A DNA stretch of 64,000 nucleotides from an uncultured Pseudomonadota bacterium (lineage in GTDB: Bacteria > Babelota > Babeliae > Babelales > JAUPTZ01): NCBI GenBank assembly GCA_964429275.1, contig CAYSBJ010000001.1, positions 265,776 to 329,775 of the forward strand, written 5' to 3'. The position numbers were made by a program, and so were the translations under genes. The notes under the pieces were generated by a model. The model was not told the origin of the DNA, searched no databases, and was given only the letters and a program-made list of their open reading frames with translations. Positions 28,172 to 37,844 of this stretch are shown piece by piece. Positions within the stretch are counted from its first letter, which is position 1; the number at the start of each line of letters is the position of its first letter.

Positions 28172-28951
28172 ATGAGCACGCTAAAGCCTATTCGTTCGGT
28201 TCTTTTTGATATTCATAACGTGCTGATGACACAGGATGTCTCAGCCTCGTTTTCCGTGTATTTGGCAGAAAAAGCCAAAAATGACCCTCGGATTGATACT
28301 TTCTGGTCTGGGGATGTCCGCGCAGTTTTGCATGGTCTTTTGACCAAGTATTGTCCGCTCTGTGATTATAAACTCTGTACTGAATTCAGCCCTGATAAGC
28401 CAGCGCGGCATATTCGCCGTGCCGTGGATGAAGGCTCTTTGACCTATGAAGGATACAAGGTTGCAATGACCTATATGCTAACTAATTACGTGGAATGTGA
28501 GCCTAAAGTACGTATTGTTCTGGACCATGCAGTTGATTTCTTTACACGGCCGGACTTGTTGATGGAAAGCAGTAAGCCATTGAATGTTGGGGTAAAGCTT
28601 TTTCACCATATCGTTAAGAAATACGGGGGTGAAAACGTGTTTCTTTTCTCTAATATGCCAATTGAGACATTTGCTTTGTTTAAGACCACGTTTGCCGATC
28701 TTTATGAAAGCATTCCGGTGCGCAATGCCGTGGTTGCAGGCCATCTTGGTGTTGCCAAGCCAGATGCGCGGGCGTTTAAGGCTATGATCCAAAAAGTAGG
28801 TGGAGAGCCGTCAACGATGCTTTTTATTGATGACCAAATGAACAACGTCAAGGCTGCTCGCGCAGAGGGGATGCAAGCATTACTCTTTAGTCGTAAGCCA
28901 TCACCTGAACTTGCAGCATGGTACAAAGAAATAGGTTTTGATTTTCAATAA
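28172..28951 (+). CDS. HAD-superfamily hydrolase (YihX-like)
   Basis: VLFDIHNVL, LFSN, AKPD..AF, FIDD...NV.AAR..G motifs. Confidence 0.85.
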   Translation: MSTLKPIRSVLFDIHNVLMTQDVSASFSVYLAEKAKNDPRIDTFWSGDVRAVLHGLLTKYCPLCDYKLCTEFSPDKPARHIRRAVDEGSLTYEGYKVAMTYMLTNYVECEPKVRIVLDHAVDFFTRPDLLMESSKPLNVGVKLFHHIVKKYGGENVFLFSNMPIETFALFKTTFADLYESIPVRNAVVAGHLGVAKPDARAFKAMIQKVGGEPSTMLFIDDQMNNVKAARAEGMQALLFSRKPSPELAAWYKEIGFDFQ

Positions 28952-29062
28952 ATGGCCTGTTCTTGAAATAAGAAGTTGATTATCGTATTGTTCTTTTCAA
29001 AAAAACATGGTTTTTTTGAAAACTGCTCGAAGTTGTCCTGAGTAAACATTGCTTAAGAAGGA

Positions 29063-30349
29063 ATGCACGTGAACAAACGTATACGTTTTTTTCATACAGC
29101 TGACATCCACTTTGGTGTGGAAAATTACGGGCGAATTGACCCGCAAACTGGCATTCATACGCGTCTTCTTGATTTTGAGAAGGCACTTTCCCTTTGCATT
29201 GATCATGCTATTGCTGAGCAGATAGACCTTTTTGTGTTTGCAGGGGATGCATATAAAACGGCGTATCCGACTCCGACACAACAAAAACTTTTGATGAACC
29301 AATTATTTCGGCTCCAAGAGGCCGATATAGCGGTGGTTATTGTGGTTGGAAACCATGACCACCCCCTGAGTTTTGGTCGCGCTCATGCTCTTGATGTTTT
29401 TGGCGCTATTCGGCATAAAGGATTTTATCTCTTTTCCAAGCCGCAAGCGGTTTGCATTGAAACGAAGAATGGACCAATAAACGTTATAGGGGTGCCATGG
29501 CCGATGCGGCACAACGTGGTGGCGCATGATATTCATCAGCTCAAGACGGCTACTGAGATTACTGATTATCTCTCCTCTCGGGTGTGTCAAATTATTCAGC
29601 AGCTAGCGGCGGGGCTTGATAAAGCGGTCCCTGCAATTTTGGTGGGGCACTTAACGGTAGCAAACGGAATATTTTCTGGCTCTGAGCGTCGGGCTGTATA
29701 CGGAACCGACCCGCTCTTTATGCCATCTCAATTGGCGGTTGATCCCATAGATTACGTAGCGCTGGGGCATTTGCATCGCTACCAGAACCTTAATCCATCT
29801 GGTCGCTGTCCAGTCGTATATGCCGGATCACCAGAGCGGGTGGACTTTGGCGAGCGTAAAGAGCCAAAGGGATATTGCGATGTCACTATCCAAGCAGGGC
29901 CAAGCGGCAAGAAAACGGAGTATTCTTTTGTAGAGCTTCCGGTACGGCCAATGATTCAGATCGATGTCACGTTAACTCCAGAAGGTTCTGTAACAGAGCA
30001 GGTTATTGAAGCTATTCAAAAGTATTCTATTAAAGACGCTATCATAAAGGTGGTATATCAAGTGCCGGCTGGACAGCGAGATATGGTTGATTGTGCAAAG
30101 GTGCAGCGTGCCTGCCAGTTGGCCCATTATGTTGCTGGTATTGTGCCGGTGCATGAAATAGCAACGCGGGTCCAGCGGGCTGCGGTAACAACGCAAATGA
30201 GTGGCGACCAACTCTTGAAGACGTATTTTGAAGGCAAAAAGATGCCGCACTCTGATCAAGATCGCCTTCTTGCCTTGGCCCATGAGATCTGTTGCGAACA
30301 AGAAAAAAGTGAAGAACAAGCAGGTGGAGATGAAGCCCATGATGAATAA
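29063..30349 (+). CDS. sbcD: SbcD/Mre11-type nuclease subunit
   Basis: HTADIHFG, AGD.Y, GNHD, YVALGHLH, YAGSPERVDFGE. Confidence 0.92.
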   Translation: MHVNKRIRFFHTADIHFGVENYGRIDPQTGIHTRLLDFEKALSLCIDHAIAEQIDLFVFAGDAYKTAYPTPTQQKLLMNQLFRLQEADIAVVIVVGNHDHPLSFGRAHALDVFGAIRHKGFYLFSKPQAVCIETKNGPINVIGVPWPMRHNVVAHDIHQLKTATEITDYLSSRVCQIIQQLAAGLDKAVPAILVGHLTVANGIFSGSERRAVYGTDPLFMPSQLAVDPIDYVALGHLHRYQNLNPSGRCPVVYAGSPERVDFGERKEPKGYCDVTIQAGPSGKKTEYSFVELPVRPMIQIDVTLTPEGSVTEQVIEAIQKYSIKDAIIKVVYQVPAGQRDMVDCAKVQRACQLAHYVAGIVPVHEIATRVQRAAVTTQMSGDQLLKTYFEGKKMPHSDQDRLLALAHEICCEQEKSEEQAGGDEAHDE

Positions 30350-31733
30350 ACCTCTTTATTTATTGAATACGCAGAGCGGAGCTAAGGAGCCTTTTACAGC
30401 TGATGGTATGGTCAAGATGTATGTGTGTGGGGTAACACCGTACGCCTATGCACATATGGGGCATGCCCGATGCTATGTAAGCTTCGATGTGCTCTATCGC
30501 GTGCTGCAATTCTGGGGCTATCCAGTTACCTATGTTCAAAACGTGACTGATGTTGATGATAAAATTGTCCGTAAGGCGATTGAAGAGGTTGGAGAGCATG
30601 GTAATGTTGCTGCTGCTGCCGCTATTATTGCGGATCGGTATACAAAAGCATTTAATCAGGATATGGCAGCGCTAAATGTGCTTCCGCCAACCAAGCAGCC
30701 AACCATTAGTGAAAATATTCCGGCAATTATTGCCTTTATCGAGCAACTTATTGCTCAGGGCTATGCCTATGTGGCTGGTGAAGACGTGTATTTTTCTATT
30801 GATGCTCATGAAGCATATGGGCATTTATCTGGTCGGTCACTTGAAGAGCTTGCTGCGGGTGCGCGGGTAGAGGTCAGTGAGCGTAAGAAGAATTCTGGAG
30901 ATTTTGCTTTGTGGAAAGGGAATGTTGTCGGTTCACTCTGGCAATCACCCTGGGGGCAGGGTCGACCTGGCTGGCACATTGAATGCTCCGCACTGGCGCG
31001 AAAATATCTTGGGGAACATCTCGATATTCATGGGGGAGGCATAGATCTGCTTTTTCCTCATCATGAAAATGAATGTGCTCAGTCCGAAGCGCTTTTCGGT
31101 GCGCCGTTTGCGCGCTACTGGTTGCATAATGCCCACGTAACCCTCCAGTCAGAAAAAATGTCCAAATCGCTCGGCAATGTCTTTACGATACGTGATGTGC
31201 TCGCGGCGCATGATCCAATGATAGTGCGCTTTTACTTATTGCAGCATCAGTACCGGACACCGCTTGATATTGATATGGCACATATTACAAGTGCTACAAA
31301 GGCGTACAATCGTCTTGCGCGTGCTTTGAATCCACAGAATGAGAAACTTCCTGCATTTGACGCTGTAGCAGCCCGGAGTGCGTGGGAGAGTGCATTATCA
31401 TCTTCTCCTGTTCTGGCTCAAGTTACTGAGGCACTCGCTGATGACTTGAATGTACCCAAAGCGTTAGGATTTATTTTTGGTAATCTTGAAATGCTGGCAA
31501 GTGAGCGGATTGTGGCCCACGCTTTGCGCGTGCTTTTTCAGCAGGTTTTTGGGTTGGAATGCATTCTTAAATCACAGGAATCGACTGATGAATCTTTGTC
31601 GCCAGAGATCGCACAGCTTATAGACGCGCGGGCCGCCGCGCGTGCTGCCAAAGATTGGGCCCTGGCAGACCAGCTGCGTGATGAACTTGCACGCCTTGGA
31701 TATACCGCGGTGGATGGCAAGGTTACGCGCTAA
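30339..31733 (+). CDS. cysS: Cysteine--tRNA ligase
   Basis: YVCGVTPY...HMGH, DFALWK, GRPGWHIECS, DIHGGG.DL.FPHHENE, KMSKS. Confidence 0.97.
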   Translation: MMNKPLYLLNTQSGAKEPFTADGMVKMYVCGVTPYAYAHMGHARCYVSFDVLYRVLQFWGYPVTYVQNVTDVDDKIVRKAIEEVGEHGNVAAAAAIIADRYTKAFNQDMAALNVLPPTKQPTISENIPAIIAFIEQLIAQGYAYVAGEDVYFSIDAHEAYGHLSGRSLEELAAGARVEVSERKKNSGDFALWKGNVVGSLWQSPWGQGRPGWHIECSALARKYLGEHLDIHGGGIDLLFPHHENECAQSEALFGAPFARYWLHNAHVTLQSEKMSKSLGNVFTIRDVLAAHDPMIVRFYLLQHQYRTPLDIDMAHITSATKAYNRLARALNPQNEKLPAFDAVAARSAWESALSSSPVLAQVTEALADDLNVPKALGFIFGNLEMLASERIVAHALRVLFQQVFGLECILKSQESTDESLSPEIAQLIDARAAARAAKDWALADQLRDELARLGYTAVDGKVTR

Positions 31734-31808
31734 AACCGTTACTTTCTTGTTTTTGCTTTCTCCAGCGCCGTATTCTTAATACATAAGAATGTGGTATGGG
31801 GGAATGTC

Positions 31809-33098
31809 ATGAATAAAAAGTGTTTTATGTTTTTGCTGCTCTGCAGCTCGGTTTGTTTGCAAGTTTTTGGTATGTCAGTTGAAGAATTCATGGCGGCAAT
31901 GCAATTTCCGTCCGGCACGGTGTATGCAAATTTGACGGAGAAGGACGTTAAGAAGCAATATAACAAGCTTGCTTTAAAATTGCATCCAGATAAAGCGACA
32001 TATGAAACGCCAGCGAACAAAAAAGAGGAGAATTTTGCTCTATTTACAAAGCTTAGCGCGGCTTATGCGGCTTATCCTAAAGACATAGGCGGTGCCGCTG
32101 AAGATGACAAGGGAGCCTTCAAGGCTGCTTACGATAACCCTGCAAATTACCATAAATCCTATGCTGATTTGATGAATAATATTACTGATCGAGACGATTC
32201 TGGGTCACAAAGGCCGGTGCGATCAGAACGTGACAAGCTTCGCGCAGAACGGAATAAAGCGTGGGTCCCTCTCACTATTGAAGAGCGTCTTAAGCGTATG
32301 CGTGAGCAAAATGATCCAGACTTTACTGCTGACAAACAAACAACAAAAAATCGTTCGACTGTTTCAAAGATGCTTGATTTTCAGCCACAAATTGCCTTAG
32401 ATGCGGCCGATCTGGCCACCTTTACCTCGGCAGATGGTCGATTGCTTGGTCTTGGATCAGCAGCTTCGGCGGCTGGCCGATTTGCTGATGTGTTTGGGGG
32501 CCGCAATCAAGCGCGCGATGCGTTGACTCAAAAGCAACATGATATTTTGAGGCGTCGGGCTAAACCAGGTAGCAGGGATGAAGCATTTAATAGAGCTGCA
32601 GAAGGGACACAGGCTGAGTATGGTGATGCTAGCGCTGTAGCCGGTGCTCAAAAAACAATAAAGGTTTTGGACAGCATCGAACGTCAGTGGGGTCAGGGAT
32701 CAATTGCTGCGTTAGAACATGCAAATACTGCGTTGAATGCGCAAACATTGCTGGCTTACAATAAGCACCTTGCTGAAAGCAAAGATGAAATTGCGACTAA
32801 GGAATATATGAAAGAATGGCGCAAGAAGCGCCGCCGTGCCTGGATAATGATGGCCCTTGAAGCAGCACTGAAGAATGGTGCGTTGTTACTGCATACCCAA
32901 CGTGAAACTGATCCAAGTGTTTCTACGCCGTCTGAAGCAGATGCGAATAAAGTAAAAGGGGCCAATGCATTAGTTGCAAGTGGCGCCCTTCTTGGTCTTT
33001 TTCGTAAATTGTATGGCGGCTACATCAAGAACGACCACATCTCGCAGGCGCAAGCACATGCGGAGAAGTTGTATCAAGCGCAGCAGCCACAGTCGTAG
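31809..33098 (+). CDS. Signal-peptide protein with N-terminal J-domain
   Basis: Sec-type leader, then DVKKQYNKLALKLHPDK...F..LSAAY (HPD J-domain); the remainder is unrecognised. Confidence 0.75.
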   Translation: MNKKCFMFLLLCSSVCLQVFGMSVEEFMAAMQFPSGTVYANLTEKDVKKQYNKLALKLHPDKATYETPANKKEENFALFTKLSAAYAAYPKDIGGAAEDDKGAFKAAYDNPANYHKSYADLMNNITDRDDSGSQRPVRSERDKLRAERNKAWVPLTIEERLKRMREQNDPDFTADKQTTKNRSTVSKMLDFQPQIALDAADLATFTSADGRLLGLGSAASAAGRFADVFGGRNQARDALTQKQHDILRRRAKPGSRDEAFNRAAEGTQAEYGDASAVAGAQKTIKVLDSIERQWGQGSIAALEHANTALNAQTLLAYNKHLAESKDEIATKEYMKEWRKKRRRAWIMMALEAALKNGALLLHTQRETDPSVSTPSEADANKVKGANALVASGALLGLFRKLYGGYIKNDHISQAQAHAEKLYQAQQPQS

Positions 33099-33100
33099 GT

Positions 33101-33424
33101 TTATTGTCCAAAGATATTAGTTATCTTTGCCTTAATTTCTTGCTTTGATAAAAAGCCGCTTACAGCGCCAACTTGCTTTCCACCTTTGTAAAAAATAAGG
33201 GTTGGGATGGACGATATGCCGTGATTAACCGCGAGTGCGCGGTCTTCTTCAATGTCGATCTTTCCAAAGGTATATGAGCCTGAAAGCTCATTTGAAAGCT
33301 CTTCAAAAAGCGGCGCCATTTGGCGGCAGGGCCCGCACCATTCTGCAAAAAAGTCGAGAATAACTGGCTTATCGCTGTTTACAACGGTGTTGGCAAAATT
33401 AGCACTGGTGATTTTTGTAACCAT
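33101..33424 (-). CDS. trxA: Thioredoxin
   Basis: DFFAEWCGPCR and SIPTL; 107 aa. Confidence 0.96.
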   Translation of the reverse strand: MVTKITSANFANTVVNSDKPVILDFFAEWCGPCRQMAPLFEELSNELSGSYTFGKIDIEEDRALAVNHGISSIPTLIFYKGGKQVGAVSGFLSKQEIKAKITNIFGQ

Positions 33425-33491
33425 GAAACATCCTAAAAAAGTATTTTTAAACGGGTGGTAGCATAATATGCTTCTGGCTGGCGTTCAAGGG

Positions 33492-33947
33492 TTATTGTTT
33501 TTGTGATACCGTATTCTCTAGGACTGTTAATTCAATATCTATGCTGGCTATAGAAAGTGTGAGGTAATACCTAAAGACTGGTGTGGATTGGTCGGTCGAA
33601 GGAAGCAGCGTTTCGCCAATACGCTTTTTGAGTACTTCTTTAGCGGTGAGGGTCTTGACCCATTCTGTCCTGAAAATTCCAGGGCAATCATTGCGTTGCG
33701 CTGTGATCCAGTTTTGTATGCCTTCAATTTTTCGAAGGAGTAGTCTTATCTGAGCGCGTTCAAGGTCATCTTTTGCCACTCTTGTAACACTTGTAGGACT
33801 AATATCACCTTTTTCTGAGTGTTCCCGCGCAGCGGCCCGTATGCTGGCAAGACTGCTCCGACTCGGGCTGGTAGTGTCCCAAGCGCTAAGTGTGCTGGTT
33901 GCGCATATGCTTATAATAAGAAATACTTTGGAAAGTGATTGAAGCAT
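33492..33947 (-). CDS. Hypothetical exported protein
   Basis: 151 aa, signal peptide (..TLSA|W). Confidence 0.6.
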   Translation of the reverse strand: MLQSLSKVFLIISICATSTLSAWDTTSPSRSSLASIRAAAREHSEKGDISPTSVTRVAKDDLERAQIRLLLRKIEGIQNWITAQRNDCPGIFRTEWVKTLTAKEVLKKRIGETLLPSTDQSTPVFRYYLTLSIASIDIELTVLENTVSQKQ

Positions 33948-34020
33948 TAGTTTTCCCCTAATTAATGAAAAAGTACTGGGGGAGTGGCAGTATAAGGGGA
34001 GTTGTATTTGGAGGCAAGAT

Positions 34021-34200
34021 AAAAAAGCCCCAGTATGACCAGGGCTTTAACATCAACGAAATGGCATGTGTCAACACGGAGTTCCATGTTTAGTTACGAA
34101 TTCTCAGCGTTGTCCATGCGGGGTTTTTCTTTCTAGTTTGATAGTTCATAGAGGTCCTTTCATATAACAAATGCTGCGATGTCCTCATCGCGTTAAGAGT
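34021..34200 (-). ncRNA. Candidate GGA-motif sRNA (or 17-codon mini-ORF) with own terminator
   Basis: Minus strand: hairpin gcgatg-AGGA-catcgc, further AAGGA/ATGGA motifs, terminator aaagccc..gggcttt plus U-run at 34021-34048. Confidence 0.4.
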
Positions 34201-34393
34201 TTTACCTCTTTTTTGTGCAAGAAAGCAACTGTTTTCAGAGCAAGAAAAGCTTGTTAAAATAGGTGTTGTTTCAATTTTTGTCAGGCGATTGTGTACGACT
34301 AAAACAGTGGGTCGGCTCAGAGTGAATCAGGGAGGTTTGTCCTGTTAAAAAAGTTGGTAACGTGTTATGGTGACCGGGGCAAGGGGTTTTTAA

Positions 34394-36247
34394 ATGAAAA
34401 ATGATTTTCAAGTTATAGTCGTTGGTGGCGGACATGCTGGCATGGAAGCTGCCTATATTAGCGCTCGCATGGGGGTGCAGACTGCACTCATTTCTCTATC
34501 GCGGGAGCATATTGGGTTGATGCCGTGTAATCCTTCTATTGGGGGGTTGGGTAAAGGGCATATAGTGTACGAAGTGAGTGCGCTTGGTGGATTGATGCCG
34601 CAATTGTGTAACGACACCTATTTACAGGCTCGTATGCTTAACACGAGCAAGGGGCCGGCGGTGCAAGGGTTGCGCCTGCAGATTGATAAATACGCGTATA
34701 AAACAAAGGCTCAAGCAGTGCTTGGTGCAACGCCAAACTTGACGATTATCGAAGGCATGGTTGATGGCCTGATTGTTGATACAACGCAGGAAAAACCAGC
34801 AGTAACGGGCGTGTGGGTGAAACATGATGGGGATCGAGTTTCTTATACTGCTCCTTCCATAGTGATTACGGCTGGGACCTTTTTGAACGGGGTGCTTCAT
34901 GTTGGCAAAGAGCAGACGAGTGGTGGTCGTGTTGGTGAAGTGGCTGTTGGAGGATTTTCCAATGTTTTGCATGAATTATTGGGAGTTAAGCTTGGTCGCT
35001 TAAAGACGGGTACCCCGCCGCGCTTGCGTACGACTAGTATTAACTATGCAGTTCTGGAGCAACAAGAAGAGCAAAAATTAGAATATCTTTACACTTTTGA
35101 CGCTCCTGTCGACGGCGTGCAGGAAAAGATGCCATGTTTCATTGCGCATACGACCAAGGAGACGCATGAAATCATCGCCAAGAATATTGGTTTGTCTGCT
35201 ATGTATAGCGGCAATATTAAGGGAGTGGGGCCTCGTTATTGTCCATCGATTGAGGATAAGATTGGGCGATATCCTGACCGGTTTAGCCACCACGTATTTG
35301 TTGAACCAGAGGGGCAGGATATTGACGAGATTTACCCTGCTGGGCTTTCAACATCGTTGCCGTATGACGTGCAAGTTGCCTATATCCGCTCGATTCCTGG
35401 GTTTGAAAACGCCGAAATTGTTCGTCCTGGGTATGCAGTAGAGTATGACTTTATCCAGCCTACTATTTTGAGCCATGCGCTAGAGACCAAAAGTGTCTCG
35501 GGGTTGTTTTTTGCTGGTCAAATAAATGGAACTACGGGGTATGAAGAAGCCGCAGGGCAAGGAATTGTTGCTGGCATTAATGCAGCGCTTAAAGCTCAGG
35601 GAAAGCCGCCATTTATTTTAGATCGCAGCGAAAGCTACATCGGGGTTATGATTGACGATCTTATTACGCTTGGGGTTGATGAGCCGTATCGCATGTTTAC
35701 GTCACGAGCTGAGCGACGGCTTTTGTTGCGACAGGATAATGTTTTTGCACGACTGATGCCGTATGGCTACGCCTTGGGAACAATAGCGCAGGATGTTTAT
35801 GATCGCATGATCGCAGAGCAGGCCATAGTTCGGCGAGCGAGTGAGTACGTCCTTCGGCACAAGCAAGGAGCGGCCTACTTAGCATTGCAGCAGCTTGTTT
35901 TTGATGATGCGGTGTCTGCGGCTGCCAAGGCGGAGTTGTGCAAGGTTTTAGAGCTAGAGACTATTAGTGGTCGGGCCTTATTGCAGGTTTACGCAGCGGT
36001 CCGGTATGACGGGTATCTTCAGCGCGAAGAGGCCGAGGTGGGCAAGCTTAAGCACTATGCAAACCTTGCAATTCCTTGTGATTTTTCTTACCACGGCATT
36101 CAGGGCTTGAGTTTTGAGCTGCAGCAAAAATTAACACGGTATAAACCAGCGATAATCGCTCAGGCGCAGTTGATTCCGGGAATGACCCCGGCCGCAATCT
36201 CGCTGTTGATTTATCATGTGAGAAAAAGCCTGGGGATGATTGGATAA
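34394..36247 (+). CDS. mnmG: tRNA U34 carboxymethylaminomethyl modification enzyme
   Basis: GGGHAG.EAA, MPCNPSIGG..KG, KTGTPPR, GPRYCPSIEDK, GQINGTTGYEEAA, EPYRMFTSRAE. Confidence 0.97.
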   Translation: MKNDFQVIVVGGGHAGMEAAYISARMGVQTALISLSREHIGLMPCNPSIGGLGKGHIVYEVSALGGLMPQLCNDTYLQARMLNTSKGPAVQGLRLQIDKYAYKTKAQAVLGATPNLTIIEGMVDGLIVDTTQEKPAVTGVWVKHDGDRVSYTAPSIVITAGTFLNGVLHVGKEQTSGGRVGEVAVGGFSNVLHELLGVKLGRLKTGTPPRLRTTSINYAVLEQQEEQKLEYLYTFDAPVDGVQEKMPCFIAHTTKETHEIIAKNIGLSAMYSGNIKGVGPRYCPSIEDKIGRYPDRFSHHVFVEPEGQDIDEIYPAGLSTSLPYDVQVAYIRSIPGFENAEIVRPGYAVEYDFIQPTILSHALETKSVSGLFFAGQINGTTGYEEAAGQGIVAGINAALKAQGKPPFILDRSESYIGVMIDDLITLGVDEPYRMFTSRAERRLLLRQDNVFARLMPYGYALGTIAQDVYDRMIAEQAIVRRASEYVLRHKQGAAYLALQQLVFDDAVSAAAKAELCKVLELETISGRALLQVYAAVRYDGYLQREEAEVGKLKHYANLAIPCDFSYHGIQGLSFELQQKLTRYKPAIIAQAQLIPGMTPAAISLLIYHVRKSLGMIG

Positions 36248-36360
36248 TTTAATTGTGACCATAAGAAATGAAGCGCAATTTTTACTGGTAAAACAATGGT
36301 TTTTGAGTAAGCTAAAGGGGTCGAGCGTCTTTTGAGGGCGATTAATTAGTAGGGTTATCA

Positions 36361-37428
36361 ATGGTTGCATTTAAAGAATACATAAAAAACCTTGTAGTTC
36401 GTCTTAAAGAGGCGTTTTCTTTTGTGCGTGCGGCAACGCCAGTATTGGTTAATGAGGTTGTTCGGCAGCGGGTACTTGTTATTATTCCGCATGACAAGAG
36501 CTGGTGGGTTATCAACGCGGTTCAGCAGTTCGTTTCAACGCTTCGCGAGCAAATGAGTTACCGAGCAGCGCCAGAAATTGATATTGTTTCTGTCCAATCA
36601 AACTATGAAGTTCTTTCTTCTCTCCTCATGACCGTCCACGTTGAACGGCAATATCAGTTGGTAGTAACCGTGGGAAGTTGGGTTACTCGCGAGGTGCGCG
36701 ATTTCTTTGATGGCATACCAAACCCGCCCCCGCAGATTTTTTGCGGAGTGGTCGACCCGGTTGGTCTTGGGGTTGTTGATTCGCTTGAACTTCCTGGACG
36801 AGCAATTTCTGGAGTTGCTGTCATTCCATTCAATTTTGACCTTCAAATTGAAATGCTGGTTGCGTTAGCTCCGGGTATGCGGTCGATAGCGTTGTTGTGT
36901 GGTGACATGACTGGTGTTGAGAGTGTATCTTCACTACTAGAGAGGACGGTTTCTCAGTTTGAGCAGGCATGTGTCAAGCGAAACATCGAGATGGTGCGCG
37001 TTGTGATGAATGCTGATTCACCGGTTGAAGAGGTTAGGTCTCTTCTGTGCAAAGCTCGAGAAGAGAAAAATGTTCGGATGGTTTGTATTCTAAATGACTT
37101 GTTTGTTTCGGCTCATATGGAATTAATACTCGATGCGTGTAAAGGTGCGAGTGTGCCGCTGTGCGCAAGTGAATTGTCCTCTGTTTATCATGGGGCGGCT
37201 CTTGGGTTTGGTGAAAATGGTGGGGTGTATGGAATGTATTGTGCTTCTCTGGCTTATGAAGTCTTAGTGAATCACCGACCGCTGTCTACGTTGCCCGTTA
37301 TGGTCCCGCCAGTGCAACAGACCATGCGGTATAATTATGATGCAATGGTTGCGCAAGGGTTGGTTCTTGACCCCGCGGTTTGCCACCTCCTGAGTATGGT
37401 TTCAGTATTTTTTCATTCGCGACACTAA
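36361..37428 (+). CDS. ABC transporter substrate-binding-like protein (ABC_sub_bind-like), orphan
   Basis: IFCGVVDPVGLGVVDSLELPG..ISGV and closing ..N..A....GL motifs; no permease or ATPase gene nearby. Confidence 0.7.
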   Translation: MVAFKEYIKNLVVRLKEAFSFVRAATPVLVNEVVRQRVLVIIPHDKSWWVINAVQQFVSTLREQMSYRAAPEIDIVSVQSNYEVLSSLLMTVHVERQYQLVVTVGSWVTREVRDFFDGIPNPPPQIFCGVVDPVGLGVVDSLELPGRAISGVAVIPFNFDLQIEMLVALAPGMRSIALLCGDMTGVESVSSLLERTVSQFEQACVKRNIEMVRVVMNADSPVEEVRSLLCKAREEKNVRMVCILNDLFVSAHMELILDACKGASVPLCASELSSVYHGAALGFGENGGVYGMYCASLAYEVLVNHRPLSTLPVMVPPVQQTMRYNYDAMVAQGLVLDPAVCHLLSMVSVFFHSRH

Positions 37429-37435
37429 TTTTGCA

Positions 37436-37464
37436 TTGACATCTGTTTTTGTTAAGGGTAGTAT
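37436..37464 (+). promoter_or_regulatory. Sigma70 promoter of tRNA-Gly
   Basis: TTGACA-N17-TAGTAT, 30 nt upstream of the tRNA. Confidence 0.75.
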
Positions 37465-37493
37465 TGCCGCCCTCAACACACCATTTCAATTAT

Positions 37494-37568
37494 GCGGGAA
37501 TAGCTCAGTGGTAGAGCACTGCCTTGCCATGGCAGGGGTCGCGAGTTCGAATCTCGTTTCCCGCTCCA
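37494..37568 (+). tRNA. tRNA-Gly(GCC)
   Basis: Acceptor GCGGGAA/TTCCCGC, anticodon arm ctgcc-ttGCCat-ggcag, GTTCGAATC, U73 and encoded CCA. Confidence 0.97.
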
Positions 37569-37844
37569 TCCTTCGCTTTTGAGGCGCGGATGGTTCCACC
37601 GTTTCCTTTTATTTTTACTTAAAAAACCTTTGTTTGCGCATGTTTTCTAATTCTGTTAGAATCTAACGTAGCAGGTGGAAGACCATGTTTTCTTGCGGTC
37701 GTCACCTGCGACATGGCAAGCTAGTTGAGTTGCTGTTCGCCCGGTTCTGCGGATATTTTTTAATACCGGTAAATGAACACCTCAACACATGGGCGTTTCT
37801 CTAAGAAAACGACCCTCATTTATGATACATATGTAAGGCTATCA

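Noticed and set aside
29063..30349. sbcD without adjacent sbcC as a novel system
   Set aside because: sbcC may simply lie elsewhere in a shuffled genome, which cannot be judged from this window.
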